From Octopus vulgaris (taxonomy: Eukaryota): 64,000 nt of DNA. A program made the translations under genes and the position numbers. Location: positions 14,322,001-14,386,000 of the forward strand of contig OX597827.1 of assembly GCA_951406725.2 (NCBI GenBank). The letters are read 5' to 3'. Shown here one piece after another: positions 1-10,975 of the stretch; positions within the stretch are counted from its first letter, which is position 1, and the number at the start of each line of letters is the position of its first letter. The notes below the pieces were generated by a model. It had not been told where the DNA came from. It ran no database searches and saw only the letters and a list, made by a program, of their open reading frames with translations.

Positions 1-50
1 CCATCAGTCGACATGCTTATATTATCAAAAGACAGTTCAGCACTCAAGAC

Positions 51-200
51 ATTTTGAAACAACTCTTTTTTTCATGCTCAGAATTGTTGAAGCATAGAAT
101 AAATTACCAGTATAAGCTGTTAGCTGTCAGGGCACCACATCCTTCAAAAGCGCCATATACCCCAGGATTCACCAACACTGTTCACGATGTGCTTGCGCCT
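51..200 (+). mobile_element. Degraded 3' fragment of CR1-type LINE (end of ORF2)
   Basis: Aligns by eye with 30396-30520 (TTTTTCATGCTCAGAATTGTTGAAGCATAGAATAAATTACC vs TTTTTCACGCTCAGAGTTGCTGAAGCATGGAATAAACTGCC). Confidence 0.65.
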
Positions 201-380
201 CCTTTCTTCTCAATGACCCTTTTACTATTCACTCTTCTGCCTATGCATGTTTTAATCTGTGTACTGTGCATGCCCTTTAGGCTTTTATTGCCATCTTTCT
301 TTAGTTGAATTGTTGCTGTTTGTTGTCATCTCTTTTCAACTTTTCCAATGAGTTGTAAACTGTATGCAACAAGCTCATTC

Positions 381-790
381 ATCATCATCATCATTGTTTA
401 ACGTCCGTTCTCCATGCTAGCATGGGTTGGACGGTTCGACCGGGGATCTGGGAAGCCAGAAGGCTGCACCAGGCTCCAGTCATATCTGGCAGTGTTTCTA
501 CAGCTGGATGCCCTTCCTAACGCCAACCACTCTGTGAGTGTAGTGGGTGCTTTTTACGTGCCACCTGCACAGGTGCCAGGCGAGGCTGGCATCAGCCACG
601 GTTCAGATGGTGCTTTTTACGTGCCACCGGCACGGAAGCCAGATATTCAGCCACAATTCAGATAGTGCCTTTTACGTACCACCAGTCCAGGGGTCCTGGC
701 ATCTGCCGGGTGCCAGTCATAGGATTGGTTCAATTTCGATTCCGATTTCGATTTCGATTTCACTTGCCCCAACAGGTCTTCGCAAGCATG
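381..790 (-). mobile_element. SINE-like repeat family C with (GAT)n tail and internal GGTGGCACGTAAAAAGCACC modules
   Basis: Matches copies at 6044, 15681, 19300, 41864 and 54240; shared block GGTTGGCGTTAGGAAGGGCATCC; ends GGACGTTAAACAAT(GAT)n on the minus strand. Confidence 0.85.
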
Positions 791-1126
791 GGTGCCCTAA
801 TTCAAGGAGAGAAGATAGTTTGTTTGACTGAGAAACTAGAACTTCACTGTTGAAACCAACTGGTGTAAATCAGTGCAGTGAGTTACGTTCCTTTATGCCG
901 AAACCATAAAAAGAAGAAAAATTTAATCCTGGCCATTCAATGAATGCAGATCAATAAAATAAGTTTGCACGCTAAGTACTGTGGTTGATAGAACAGACTA
1001 ATAAAAAAAATCCCTTGAAGATGGTGCCTGAATATCATCTAAGTCCAGTGACTGATAGCAGCAAAAAGAAAAAAATCAATGAATATCCGCATTCGACCAT
1101 CAGTGTTTTGATATTTTAACACTGCA

Positions 1127-1494
1127 AGGCGGCGAGCTGGCAGAAACGTTAACACGCCGGGCGAAATGCCGTTACGTTCTGAGTTCAAATTCCACCGAGG
1201 TCGACTTTGCCTTTCATCCTTTCGGGGTCGATTAAATAAGTACCAGTTACGCACTGCGGTCAATGTAATCGACTTAATCCCTTTGTCTGTCCTTGTTTGT
1301 CTCCTCTGTGTTTAGCCCTTTGTGGACAATAAAGAAATAGGTATTTCGTCCTCTGAGTTCAAATTCTGTCGAGGTCGACTTTGCCTTTCATCCTTTCAGG
1401 GTCGATAAATTAAGTACCAATTGTGTACTGGGGTCGATCTAATCGACTGCCCCCCTGCCCCAAAATTTCGGGTCTTGTGCCTAGAGAAGAAAAG
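1127..1494 (+). mobile_element. SINE family B (tRNA-like head, Nin/Deu-like central domain), dimeric copy
   Basis: Head GGCGGCGAGCTGGCAGAA with B-box GAGTTCAAATTCC; domain GCCTTTCATCCTTTCGGGGTCGAT..AAGTACCAG present twice; 17-bp TSD GATAYTTTAACACTGCA at 1110-1126 and 1495-1511. Confidence 0.9.
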
Positions 1495-1603
1495 GATACT
1501 TTAACACTGCAGCTAAATTAAATAATATTTAACCTCCAGAGTCAAATCCTTGCACACCAGAATTACTTCTAATTACTCAAATGGAATTAATATATTTAAT
1601 TTG

Positions 1604-1971
1604 GTCCCAAGCGCAACTGGTACTGAATTTATCGACCCCGAAAGGATGAAAGGCAAAGTCGACCTCGGTGGAATTTGAACCCAGAACGTAACAGCAGACG
1701 AAATACGGCTACGTGTTTCGCCCAGCGTGCTAACATTTCTGCCAGCTCGCCACCCTCAAAAGAGATTGATTATATATCTCTTTATTGCCCACAAAGGGCT
1801 AAACATAGAGGGGACAAACAAGGACAGACGAACGGATTAAGTGCGTAACTGGTACTTTTATCGACCCAGAAAGTCGACCTCGGCGGAATTTGAACTCACA
1901 ACGTGACGGCAGACGAAATACAGCTATGCATTTCGCCCAGCGTGCTAACGTTTCTGCCAGCTCGCTGCCTT
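1604..1971 (-). mobile_element. Two adjacent SINE family B copies
   Basis: Reverse complements of the family B head and body at ~1604-1755 and ~1779-1971. Confidence 0.85.
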
Positions 1972-2596
1972 AGAATTTGAAAACTTTTACAAGGATTGAA
2001 CCTTTGTTAAAGAGGTTTGTGTATTGCTGTGTCCATGTCTTTACCCACAAGACCATTGACAGTGACATATATATTTCATTACACAGGTGGCATGCCGTGA
2101 GTGACACAAAATGGAGCAATGATAAGATAAAGAGGAGAGAAAGTTAAAAAAATGAGATGAGAGACTAATGAGGAAGAAGAGAGGGAGAGCAGAAGATGGA
2201 GAATTAATATGAACATAATCAGCAACAGACTCAAATGTAGTTATTAAATAACTTAACCTCTATCATCAATAGCAATTTTGTGCGTGTGTTCTTCTGTGTG
2301 TGTGTGTGTGTGTGCATGTAAATCTGTTATGAAATTTTCATCTCTCTCTATGTATATTGCGTTTTTAACACAGCATGTCCATAAGAGACATAATCTCTGG
2401 ACAAATGACAATAAAAGTAGTAACAGGCCTATCAACAGTGTATATACATTCAGTATGACACAGATAGATCTATACATATATGCACTTAAATACATACACA
2501 CACATATATACATACATATATACATACATTTAAGAGATGAGGAATTATGTACATTATTTATATTATTTACATTCGACGGATATTTGTCCTCATCAT

Positions 2597-2715
2597 ATAG
2601 CGTAGTAGTTAAGAGCACGGGCTACTAACCCCAAGATTCCGAATTTGATTCCAAGCAGTGACCTGAACACTAACAATAATAATAATAATAATAACAATAA
2701 TAATAATAATAATTA
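2597..2715 (+). mobile_element. Short tRNA-derived head followed by (AAT)n
   Basis: A-box-like TAGCGTAGTAGTTAAGAGC and degenerate B-box GAATTTGATTCC, then an AAT repeat; no complete cloverleaf. Confidence 0.5.
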
Positions 2716-2960
2716 ATTCGTTTATTGGCCACAAGGGCTAACAAAAATCTATTAAAACATAAAGGGACAAAACACAGGACGAAAGATACAAAGGGTTTTG
2801 TCCGTTTGAAAAAGTCTGTGTACAAAAGCAGGATGACAACGAAAAATAAGTAACAATTAAAACTCCCAATAGGGGGAGGCGCTTCGAAAGGTTCCTGGTG
2901 GAAAAACCCATAAAAGTCACGGGAGCCTGGTCAAAAGGGGGGTAGAGAGCCCCTTTCTCC
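2716..2960 (-). mobile_element. Probable 3' UTR fragment of a non-LTR retrotransposon sharing its 3' end with SINE family B
   Basis: Minus strand ends TTAGCCCTTGTGGCCAATAAACGAA followed by (ATT)n; SINE B ends TTAGCCCCTTGTGGGCAATAAAGAAA. Confidence 0.55.
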
Positions 2961-3000
2961 TTTTATAATAACATCAAAAAATACCTTAGGAATGAGAACC

Positions 3001-3200
3001 TAGGGTGTTGGACTCATGATCAAAAGACTGTGGATTCAATTCCTGGATCAAGTAGCATCTTGTGTTCTTGTGCAAAACACTTCATTTCATGTTGCTCCGG
3101 TCCACCCATCTAGCAAAAATGAGTAATTCTGCAACAGACTGGCACCCCGTCCAGGTGGGGGATATACACACCTCAGAAACTGGGAAACCGGTTCTGAGCA
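3001..3200 (+). mobile_element. SINE family E (V-domain-like), 5'-clipped
   Basis: TGTGTTCTTGTGCAAAACACTT and CTGCAACAGACTGGCACCCCGTCCAGG motifs; matches 20684-20950. Confidence 0.7.
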
Positions 3201-3221
3201 CCTTTTCAAACTCCACCTGTC

Positions 3222-3549
3222 TAACATCTGTGGACAGGTTTACAAAGTCAGAAAACAGCACAGCTCCCATGACTTTCAGAAACATTTTTTCCCGCTAAGA
3301 GTTGCTGAAGCATGGAACAAACTGCTGGCATCAGTTGTTAATTGTTGGAGCATTGCATCCTTCAAAACTTCCATGCTTCCTGAGATTCACCAACACTTCA
3401 CCTGATTTTCTCCCCTCCATACATATGCAAGCATGTATCTGACTCATACACTGTTCGCTTCCCAGACATTTGTACATTACTGCATATGCTTTATACGCAC
3501 TTTTGACAAGTTGTGGTGCACCTGAACACTGTATACAATAATTTCATTA
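3222..3549 (+). mobile_element. 3' end of CR1-type LINE
   Basis: Homologous to 30345-30580; terminal AGTTGTGGTGCACCTGAACACTGTATACAATAATT; its (TTA)n tail is split by a Helitron. Confidence 0.85.
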
Positions 3550-3914
3550 TCTCTCTATATATAAACGGCAAAATGTCTGTGTGTGTGTCCTTTATACAAA
3601 TCCACAATTTTTCAGTTAGAGGGCTCGCACTTTCTATGGTCATTTAAAACCGTTCAAGAGTGGTCGTGCACATCTTTACATTTCCCCAGTCACCCCGCAA
3701 AGCCATTGAAAAATCAATAGAAGTGACTTCTTTTGTGAATTTTCTATCCAAAACCCAATCAAAATACCCAAAACTTGATACACCAATTGAATGCCAGCTA
3801 GCTGTATGTGATTGGTTGGAGATTTGGACAGTACTCGCGTGTATGTGTGCACGCATGCAGCTGTATATGCATACACTAGCACTATGACCCGGTGTTGCCG
3901 GGTCATAGTGCTAG
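3550..3914 (+). mobile_element. Non-autonomous Helitron
   Basis: 5' TC (TCTCTCTATATATAA), 3' CTAG, inserted between A and T with no TSD; perfect 18-bp stem ACTAGCACTATGACCCGG/CCGGGTCATAGTGCTAGT at 3875-3915. Confidence 0.8.
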
Positions 3915-3984
3915 TTATTATTATAAGTCTATATGACTTGGAGAGAATTTTTGTCCTTTATTGTCCTACAAAATTTAATACCTT

Positions 3985-4421
3985 ACTCTCTTTACTCTTT
4001 TACTCTTTTACTTGTTTCAGTCATTTGACTGCGGCCATGATGGAGCACCGCCTTTAGTCGAGCAACTCGACCCCAGGACTTATTCTTTGTAAGCCCAGTA
4101 CTTATTTTATCGGTCTCTTTTGCCGAACCGCTAAGTGACGGGGACATAAACACACCAGCATCGGTTGTCAAGCAATGCTAGGGGGACAAACACACACACA
4201 CAAACACACACACACAAACACACACACGCATATATATATATATATATACATATATACGATGGGCTTCTTTCAGTTTCCGTCTACCAAATCCACTCACAAA
4301 GCTTTGGTTGGCCCGAGGCTATAGCAGAAGACACTTGCCCAAGATGCCATGCAGTGGGACTGAACCCAGAACCATGTGGTTGGTTAGCAAGCTACTTACC
4401 ACACAGCCACTCCTGCGCCTA
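3985..4421 (-). mobile_element. SINE family A (tRNA head, CORE-like CTTGGGCAAGT motif, internal TA/TG microsatellite, (GTAAAAGA)n tail), full length
   Basis: A-box TGGCTGTGTGG, B-box GGGTTCAGTCCC; more than 20 homologous copies or fragments in the window. Confidence 0.92.
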
Positions 4422-4426
4422 AAAAA
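4421..4426 (-). terminator. RNA polymerase III terminator (T6) of the tRNA-Leu gene
   Basis: TTTTTT on the minus strand 13 nt downstream of the tRNA discriminator base. Confidence 0.65.
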
Positions 4427-4439
4427 TACACTGTATATC

Positions 4440-4522
4440 TAGCTCGAGTGGGGTTCGAACCCACGCGGATACTTGTCCATTGGAACTTAAGTCCAACGCC
4501 TTAACCACTCGGCCATTGTGCT
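4440..4522 (-). tRNA. tRNA-Leu (anticodon TAA), possibly a recent pseudogene
   Basis: 83 nt: AGCACAATGGCCGAGTGGTTAAGGCGTTGGACTTAAGTTCCAATGGACAAGTATCCGCGTGGGTTCGAACCCCACTCGAGCTA. Anticodon stem TTGGA/TCCAA, loop CT-TAA-GT, long variable arm, intact A and B boxes; two acceptor-stem mismatches. Confidence 0.9.
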
Positions 4523-5080
4523 ACCTTGAGCCTACATTAGAAATGAACATTATTATTAGTGTTGTTTACATTAACATTATCTAATACCGAGACAGCTTGG
4601 ACAAATCATGTGAGAAACCAAGAAGAAAATGACAGTTTTAAAAATATTTAAACTATCATTAATGATAGGAAATCTTCTCTTTCTGACACATATCATAGAT
4701 TTCCAGCTGATGTACACAACTAAATTTGATGAAGAGTCAAAAAATATTTTTCCACTGAATAGAGAAACATGGCAACTTCTACGACAATGCTGAAGAAGGT
4801 TCCTGCTGTTAAGTCTGCAAAGCTAGGATGTTGTGTTGCGTTGTATGGCAGCCGTAGTAAATGTCACCATTTTCAGTGTAATGATAAATTAAAAGTATAA
4901 TATATAGAATTAGAGAAAATGAAATAGGCCATGATCAATAACAGATTGATGTTGGTATAGACGTAAAAGTTCATGAAATATGGTCGGAATACTTTAATAA
5001 CTTCCAGATTATATACAGGCGAGAAGTCTTAGGTAGCAACCAAGATGGCTACACACATGCTCACACACACAGTCACTCAC

Positions 5081-5192
5081 GTATGTGTGTGTGTGTGTGT
5101 GTGATTGTATGTATTTATGTATATATATATATGTATATTTGATGTGTATGTATGTGTGTGTGTGTGTATATATATACACACACATAAATACA

Positions 5193-5247
<55 letters not shown>

Positions 5248-5480
5248 CTACATATATATATACATATATAAATATAAATATACATATATATGTATATATA
5301 CATATATATATATATGTATATATACATATATATATGTGTATATACATATATATACATATATGTATATATATGTATATATATGTATGTATGTATATATGTA
5401 TATAAATGAACATATATATATATATATATACACACTTATATATATGCATATATATGTATATAATATACATAAATACATAT

Positions 5481-5514
<34 letters not shown>

Positions 5515-5595
5515 TATATGTATGCATATGTATATATGTGTGTATATATATGTATAAGTATATGTGTGCATATATATATATATCAACACACACTC
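5081..5595. repeat. Compound (TA)n/(TG)n/(CA)n microsatellite
   Basis: Directly visible; source of the Y/I/C/V-rich spurious ORFs. Confidence 0.95.
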
Positions 5596-5914
5596 GACAA
5601 TAATAATGATGACATAATACTTACATTCATATATACACCTATCCATACTGTCTGTATGTGGCTACCTAAGCTAGTCATACAGAAGACTATTCACCACAAA
5701 CTAATGAATGCTTTCCTTGATAATATTACTATAAAACTAACCTGGTTAAATAACTGTCAGTTTTCTTTCTGTTGCCAAAATGTAAACTTACAAATGATTA
5801 TAATAATATCAAAGTTGAGATATAAAATTGACAAATATGAAATGAAGTATACAGCTGAAGTCCAGTCTGGTTAAGACAGACAACTGGTGTGAATTACTGC
5901 AGGTATTAAATATT

Positions 5915-6570
5915 ATTTTCTACTCTAAGTACAGGGCTTGAAATTTTTGAGGAGCAGACCAGTCGATTAGATCGACCCAAGTACGCAACTGGTACTTAAT
6001 TTATCGACTTCGAAAGGATGAAAGGCAAAGTCGATCTCGGCGATCCGTGCTAGTGGTGTGCAAAGAGCACCATACGAATGTAATCGTTGACAGGGACGCT
6101 ATTCGAGTATGATCGTTACCAGCGTCGCCTTACTGGCACTTATGCCTGTGCTAGGAGGGTGCCAAGAACACCATCCGAGCGTGATCGTTGCCAGAGCAGC
6201 CAACTGGCTTCTGTACCCGTGGCACGTAAAAGAGCACCATTCGTGCACGATCGTTACCAACGTCGCAACATGTAAAAAGATTCCAGCGAAGTCATTGCCA
6301 GTACCGCCTGACTGGCACTCGTGCCGGTGGCACGTAAAAAGTACCCACTGCACTCTCGGAATGGTTGGCGTTAGGAAGGGCATCCAGCTGTAGAAACTCT
6401 GCCAGATCAAGACTGGAGCCTGGTGCAATCATCTGGTTTGCCAGCCTTCAGTCAAAATCGTCCAACCCATGCTATCATGGAAAGCGGACGTTAAACGATG
6501 ATGATGATGAATCTAAAGACAGGCGAAATACTGCCAAGCATTTTGCCTGGTGTGCTAATGTTTCTGACAG
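5915..6570. mobile_element. SINE family C (+, ~6044-6510) nested in a SINE family B copy (-)
   Basis: Family B sequence stops at ~6043 and resumes at ~6511 after the (GAT)n tail of family C. Confidence 0.8.
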
Positions 6571-7205
6571 GCATTAGATATTATTAGATGATTAGGGAGG
6601 ATTTGTTAATCTGCTGTGCAGAACGGATAACTAAATACAGGAATGCAAAGCGCTTTGAGGTTAAGACAAATAGGTAGGTAGGTGCTCTTTTATTCTTTTA
6701 CTTGTTTCAGTTGTTTCAGTTGTTTGATTGTAGCCATGCCGGAGCACCACCTTGAATGGTTTTAGTTGAACAAATAAACCCTAGGACCTGTTTTTTTATA
6801 AGCCTTAGTACTTATTTTACTGGTCCCTTTTGCTAAACCACTGAATTACAGGAACATAAACACATCAATGCTGGTTGTCAAGCAATTAGATGGATACAAA
6901 CACCAACACAAAGACACACAAATATACGTAGATACATATATACACATACAACAGGCTTCTTTCAGTTTATTGATAAGTACTGCAAGAGACTTTTTGCAAC
7001 ACAGTCAATCCATGTTTGTGAAATAAAAGCAAAGGTAGATAGATATATATATAATTAGAATGAGTAGGGTGAAATGAAAAGCTCAGTCACAAATCAAAGT
7101 TGTGCAGTAGATTTAGATTTAACTTAGCAGAAGCTTATCAAGCAAAAGAAGGAACCGCTATGTGATCACTTAGCCTGCCAGAAATAACAGCTAAATATCC
7201 CTTAA

Positions 7206-7905
7206 CCCTTTAGCGTTTAAACTGGCCATATCTAGCCCAATATATTCTACATATTTTATATTCAAACTGGCCATATCTAGCCTCTCACACCTAACCTACA
7301 GTGACATTCTAAAAATAAACAATCACATCATTGAAACCTCGAAGCTATGAGATAATGCATGACTAATTCAAAACAATTTAAATAAAAAAGCATTATATTT
7401 AAATATCCCTTAATCCTTTAGTGTTTAAACTGGCCAAATCTGGCCCAATATATTCTACATATTTTATATTCAAACTGGCCATATCTAGCCACTCACACCT
7501 AACCTACACTGACAGTCTAAAAATAAACAATCACATCATTGAAACCTCAAAGCTATGAGATAATGCATGATTAATTCAAAACAATTTAAATAAAAACCAA
7601 TTGCAGCATGGAAGGTGTTTGTAAGCCATTTAAGAAACACACAAAAGCCGTTCGATTCACTTCAACATTTAAGTTTAATTTGTCAAAATATTTTCGTCGC
7701 TAAAATCCGCGACCTGTTCACTGAAAAAAATCTGTGCTGCATCTGACAGCATTTGTGTGTTTCTTAAATGGCTTACAAACACCTTCCACGCTGCAATTGG
7801 TTTTCGTTTCAGCACACGATCTCAGATCAAATCACTTGCTATGCGAGTACATCTCCTTAAATAAAAAAGCATTACATTTAACAGAGTAATCTGAACACTA
7901 AAGGG
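7206..7905. mobile_element. TTAA-specific (piggyBac-like) MITE with a ~208-bp tandem duplication and a nested insertion
   Basis: TTAA-CCCTTTAG ... CTAAAGGG-TTAA termini; 7192-7400 repeated at 7400-7596; related to 13555-13775. Confidence 0.75.
7597..7856. mobile_element. Fold-back element resembling a Penelope-like inverted terminus, with a degenerate hammerhead-like motif
   Basis: 53-bp inverted repeat 7593-7645/7752-7804; 11-bp flanking duplication TTAAATAAAAA (7586-7596, 7857-7867). Confidence 0.55.
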
Positions 7906-8293
7906 TTAAATCACAGTCCATTATCTTAGAAAGGGACACATTGAATAACGTGGTCTTGGATTCCATGTACATAAGAAAAAGAAAGAATGATGTTGATCAT
8001 AGATCAACTCAATCAGAACTTATTTGGATTCAAACGAACAATAAAAACACCAGCTTGTCATTGCTCTATGATGTTCACACAGAATTGGATTATCCTTCTG
8101 TAAAAGATCAACATTCTGCTGGAAACTGCCAAACACCAAATTAATAAACTATCCAGTCTCAATAGAAACTATTGACCAGAAATATTTGTGGATAAACAAA
8201 GAGTGATGAAATGGTAACTGCAAAAAGGAATATGTTGCCAAAACGGAAAGAAAAGGACATGTCCATAGAAATATCACAAGTGATTTAATATCA

Positions 8294-9270
8294 TTAACCC
8301 TTTGGCATTTAAACTGACCATATCTGATATGTTGTAGGAGTGGCTGTGTGGTATGTAGCTTGCTTACCAACTACATGGTTCCGGGTTCAGTACCACTGCG
8401 TGGCACCTTGGGCAAGTGTCTTCTACTATAGCCTCAGGCCGACCAAAGCCTTGTGAGTAGATTTGGTAGATGGAAACTGAAAGAAGCCCGTAGTATATAT
8501 ATATATATAATAATTATTTGAGGAATATAAATCCAAACTTACAGGGAAAAAAATTCAATTTAGAAATACTAAATCAAATTTCACACAATATAATATATAT
8601 ATATATATATATATTATATGTATAATATATATATATTATATGTGTGTGTATAAGTTTGTGTGTCTGTATTTGTCCCCCCAACATCGCTTAGCAGTCACTT
8701 AGCAGTTCGGCAAAAGAGACCGATAGAATAAGTACTAGGCTTACAAAGAATAAGTCCTGGGGTCGATTTGCTCGACCAAAGGTGATACTCCAGCATGGCC
8801 ACAGTCAAATAACTGAAACAAGTAAATGAATAAAGGAATATCTAGCTCAAATTTTCTGCCTGCTCTATATTCAAACTCACCAGATTTAACCTCCTATACC
8901 TATTTCTTTACTACCCACAAAGGGCTAAACACAGAGAGGACGAACAAGGACAGACAAACGGATCAAGTCGATTATATCGACCCCAGTGCATAACTGGTCC
9001 TTAATTTATCGACCCCGAAAGGATGAAAGGCAAAGTCGACCTCGGCGGAATTTGAACTCAGAATGTAACGGCAGACGAAATACGGCTACGCATTTCGCCC
9101 AGCTGCTAACGTTTCTGCCAGCTTGCCGCCTCCTATACCTTCTATACCTACCCTACAAGGCTTTTCCAAAAATAAACAATCACATCATTGAAACATCGAA
9201 GCTATAAAATAATGCTTGATTAATTCAAAATGGTGTAAATAAATAAGCATTCGATTTGACAGAGTAAGGT
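8294..9270. mobile_element. Old TTAA-MITE interrupted by SINE A (+, ~8333-8835) and SINE B (-, 8902-9130)
   Basis: MITE sequence resumes after each insertion; SINE B flanked by CCTCCTATACCT at 8890-8901 and 9129-9140. Confidence 0.75.
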
Positions 9271-9781
9271 TATAAAGTATTCAAGTTATAAATCATATTT
9301 AAGAGAAATTTGGAATGCGTGTCACAAACACTTTTGTAAGTAATTGAAAACCTGTAACTCATCAAAGAATGTATTCTAAAGAAAAATTAAATTGTAACCT
9401 TGCCATGAAATACTGGGTAGCATTTGCATAAACAATAGTAGCAGCTAAGAAGAAGAACTACAGACTAATTACGAATGTAAATATTATGAATAAACCATGT
9501 AAATACTGATTAAATAGCTTCCTCCAAGATTACTGCATAACAATGTGGTCAGTAACGGACAATGTGGTCAAGCAGGAAACAAAACATATTGAGTGTAGCT
9601 CTGTGCCAAATAATTCATCTTCAAAGTGAAACAGTTGTTGAAGTACCGTTGAAGCCTGGCAGTATAGCTTGGCTTATTATAAGAAGTCATTTGATTCCTC
9701 TTTGGTATTATGTGGCTGTTGATGTCTTTGCATATATATACCAAGTTTCCAACACCTACAGTCAGCAGAACGGTGTAAGCA

Positions 9782-10187
9782 CTTTTTTTTTTTTTTACTC
9801 TTTTACTCTTTTACTTGTTTCAGTCATTTGACTGCGGCCATGCTGGAGCACTGTCTTTAATCAAGCAACTCGACCCCGGGACTTATTCTTTTGTAAGCCC
9901 AGTATTTATTCTATCGGTCTCTTTTGCCGAACCGCTAAGTGACGGGGACGTAAACAAACCAGCATCGGTTGTCAAGCAATGCTAGGGGGACAAACACACA
10001 CACACATACATATATATATATACATATATACGACAGGCTTCTTTCAGTTTCCGTCTACCAAATCCACTCACACGGCATTGGTCGGCCTGGGGCAATAGTA
10101 GAAGACACTTGCCCAAGGTGCCACGCAGTGGGACTGAACCCAGAACCATGTGGTTGGTAAGCAAGCTACTTACCACACAGCCACTCC
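9782..10187 (-). mobile_element. SINE family A flanked by a ~100-bp direct duplication
   Basis: Family A consensus; flank 9679-9780 repeated at 10188-10285. Confidence 0.9.
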
Positions 10188-10600
10188 ATAAGAAGTCATT
10201 TAATTCTTCTTTGGTATTATGTGCTTGTTGATGTCTTTGCATATATACCAAGTTTCCAACACATACAGTCAGAAGAACGGTAAGCGCTGAAGCAGTGAAC
10301 ATCGAAGCAAACACTGGAATCACAAACAAAATTATGTCATAGAAATATTCCAGTTTCTCTTTTCACTCTAATAGTGGAGCTCCTGTCAGATCATAAAGAG
10401 TGATTGGAGTAATTAAACCAATGCTATTCGCAACATATTTGCAGACACTTAACACTACTCTCTTATTTCTACACTTATACTTTATCTTTTTTTTTGTTTT
10501 TGTTTTTTTTTTTTATTTTGTTAGAGTGTTAAGAAGCAATTAGACTGGGCCACAGCATTCCCAAAAGATGGATTTAGGAATCGAAAACAACCAGAATAAA

Positions 10601-10857
10601 TCATCATCATTGTTCGACCGTGGTCGAGACTTTCATAGTCTTTTCAAATGGCTAATAATGTGTGCGTGCGCCACTACTACACACATTGGAAAGCATTGTA
10701 CAACCAAGCACTAAAGAAGATCTTTCCTCCTCCATGAAACAAAGCTGTTCCCGCTGGACGTCAACCCAGTATTTCTAAGCTACGGACCGAGTGATTTATT
10801 GTAAGGTTATCTCCCTAGATAGATTGCCTTCACTACGGCTAAGGAGCCCTTTCTACC
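10601..10857 (-). mobile_element. Short non-autonomous RTE derivative (putative 5' UTR joined to the 3' tail)
   Basis: 3' end GTCTCGACCACGGTCGAACAATGATGATGA nearly identical to the RTE end at 59837-59869; 10-bp TSD CCAGAATAAA at 10591-10600 and 10858-10867. Confidence 0.75.
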
Positions 10858-10975
10858 CCAGAATAAAGCTTTGATATCTAGTAGTCCAAAAACAGAATGA
10901 GGGAATATTGGTTTCATATTTTGGAACAAAATCAGCAATTTTAGGGGAGGGGTATGTCGATTACATCAGCCCCAA

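Noticed and set aside
4165-4422. Recurrent ORFs such as MSSNARGTNT...GLNPEPCGW
   Set aside because: Chance frames within SINE family A, recurring only because the SINE does.
4785-4810. Isolated CTGANGA matches (also ~14553, ~16656, ~17728, ~37366, ~46557)
   Set aside because: No correctly placed stem II, GAAA and UH; expected by chance.
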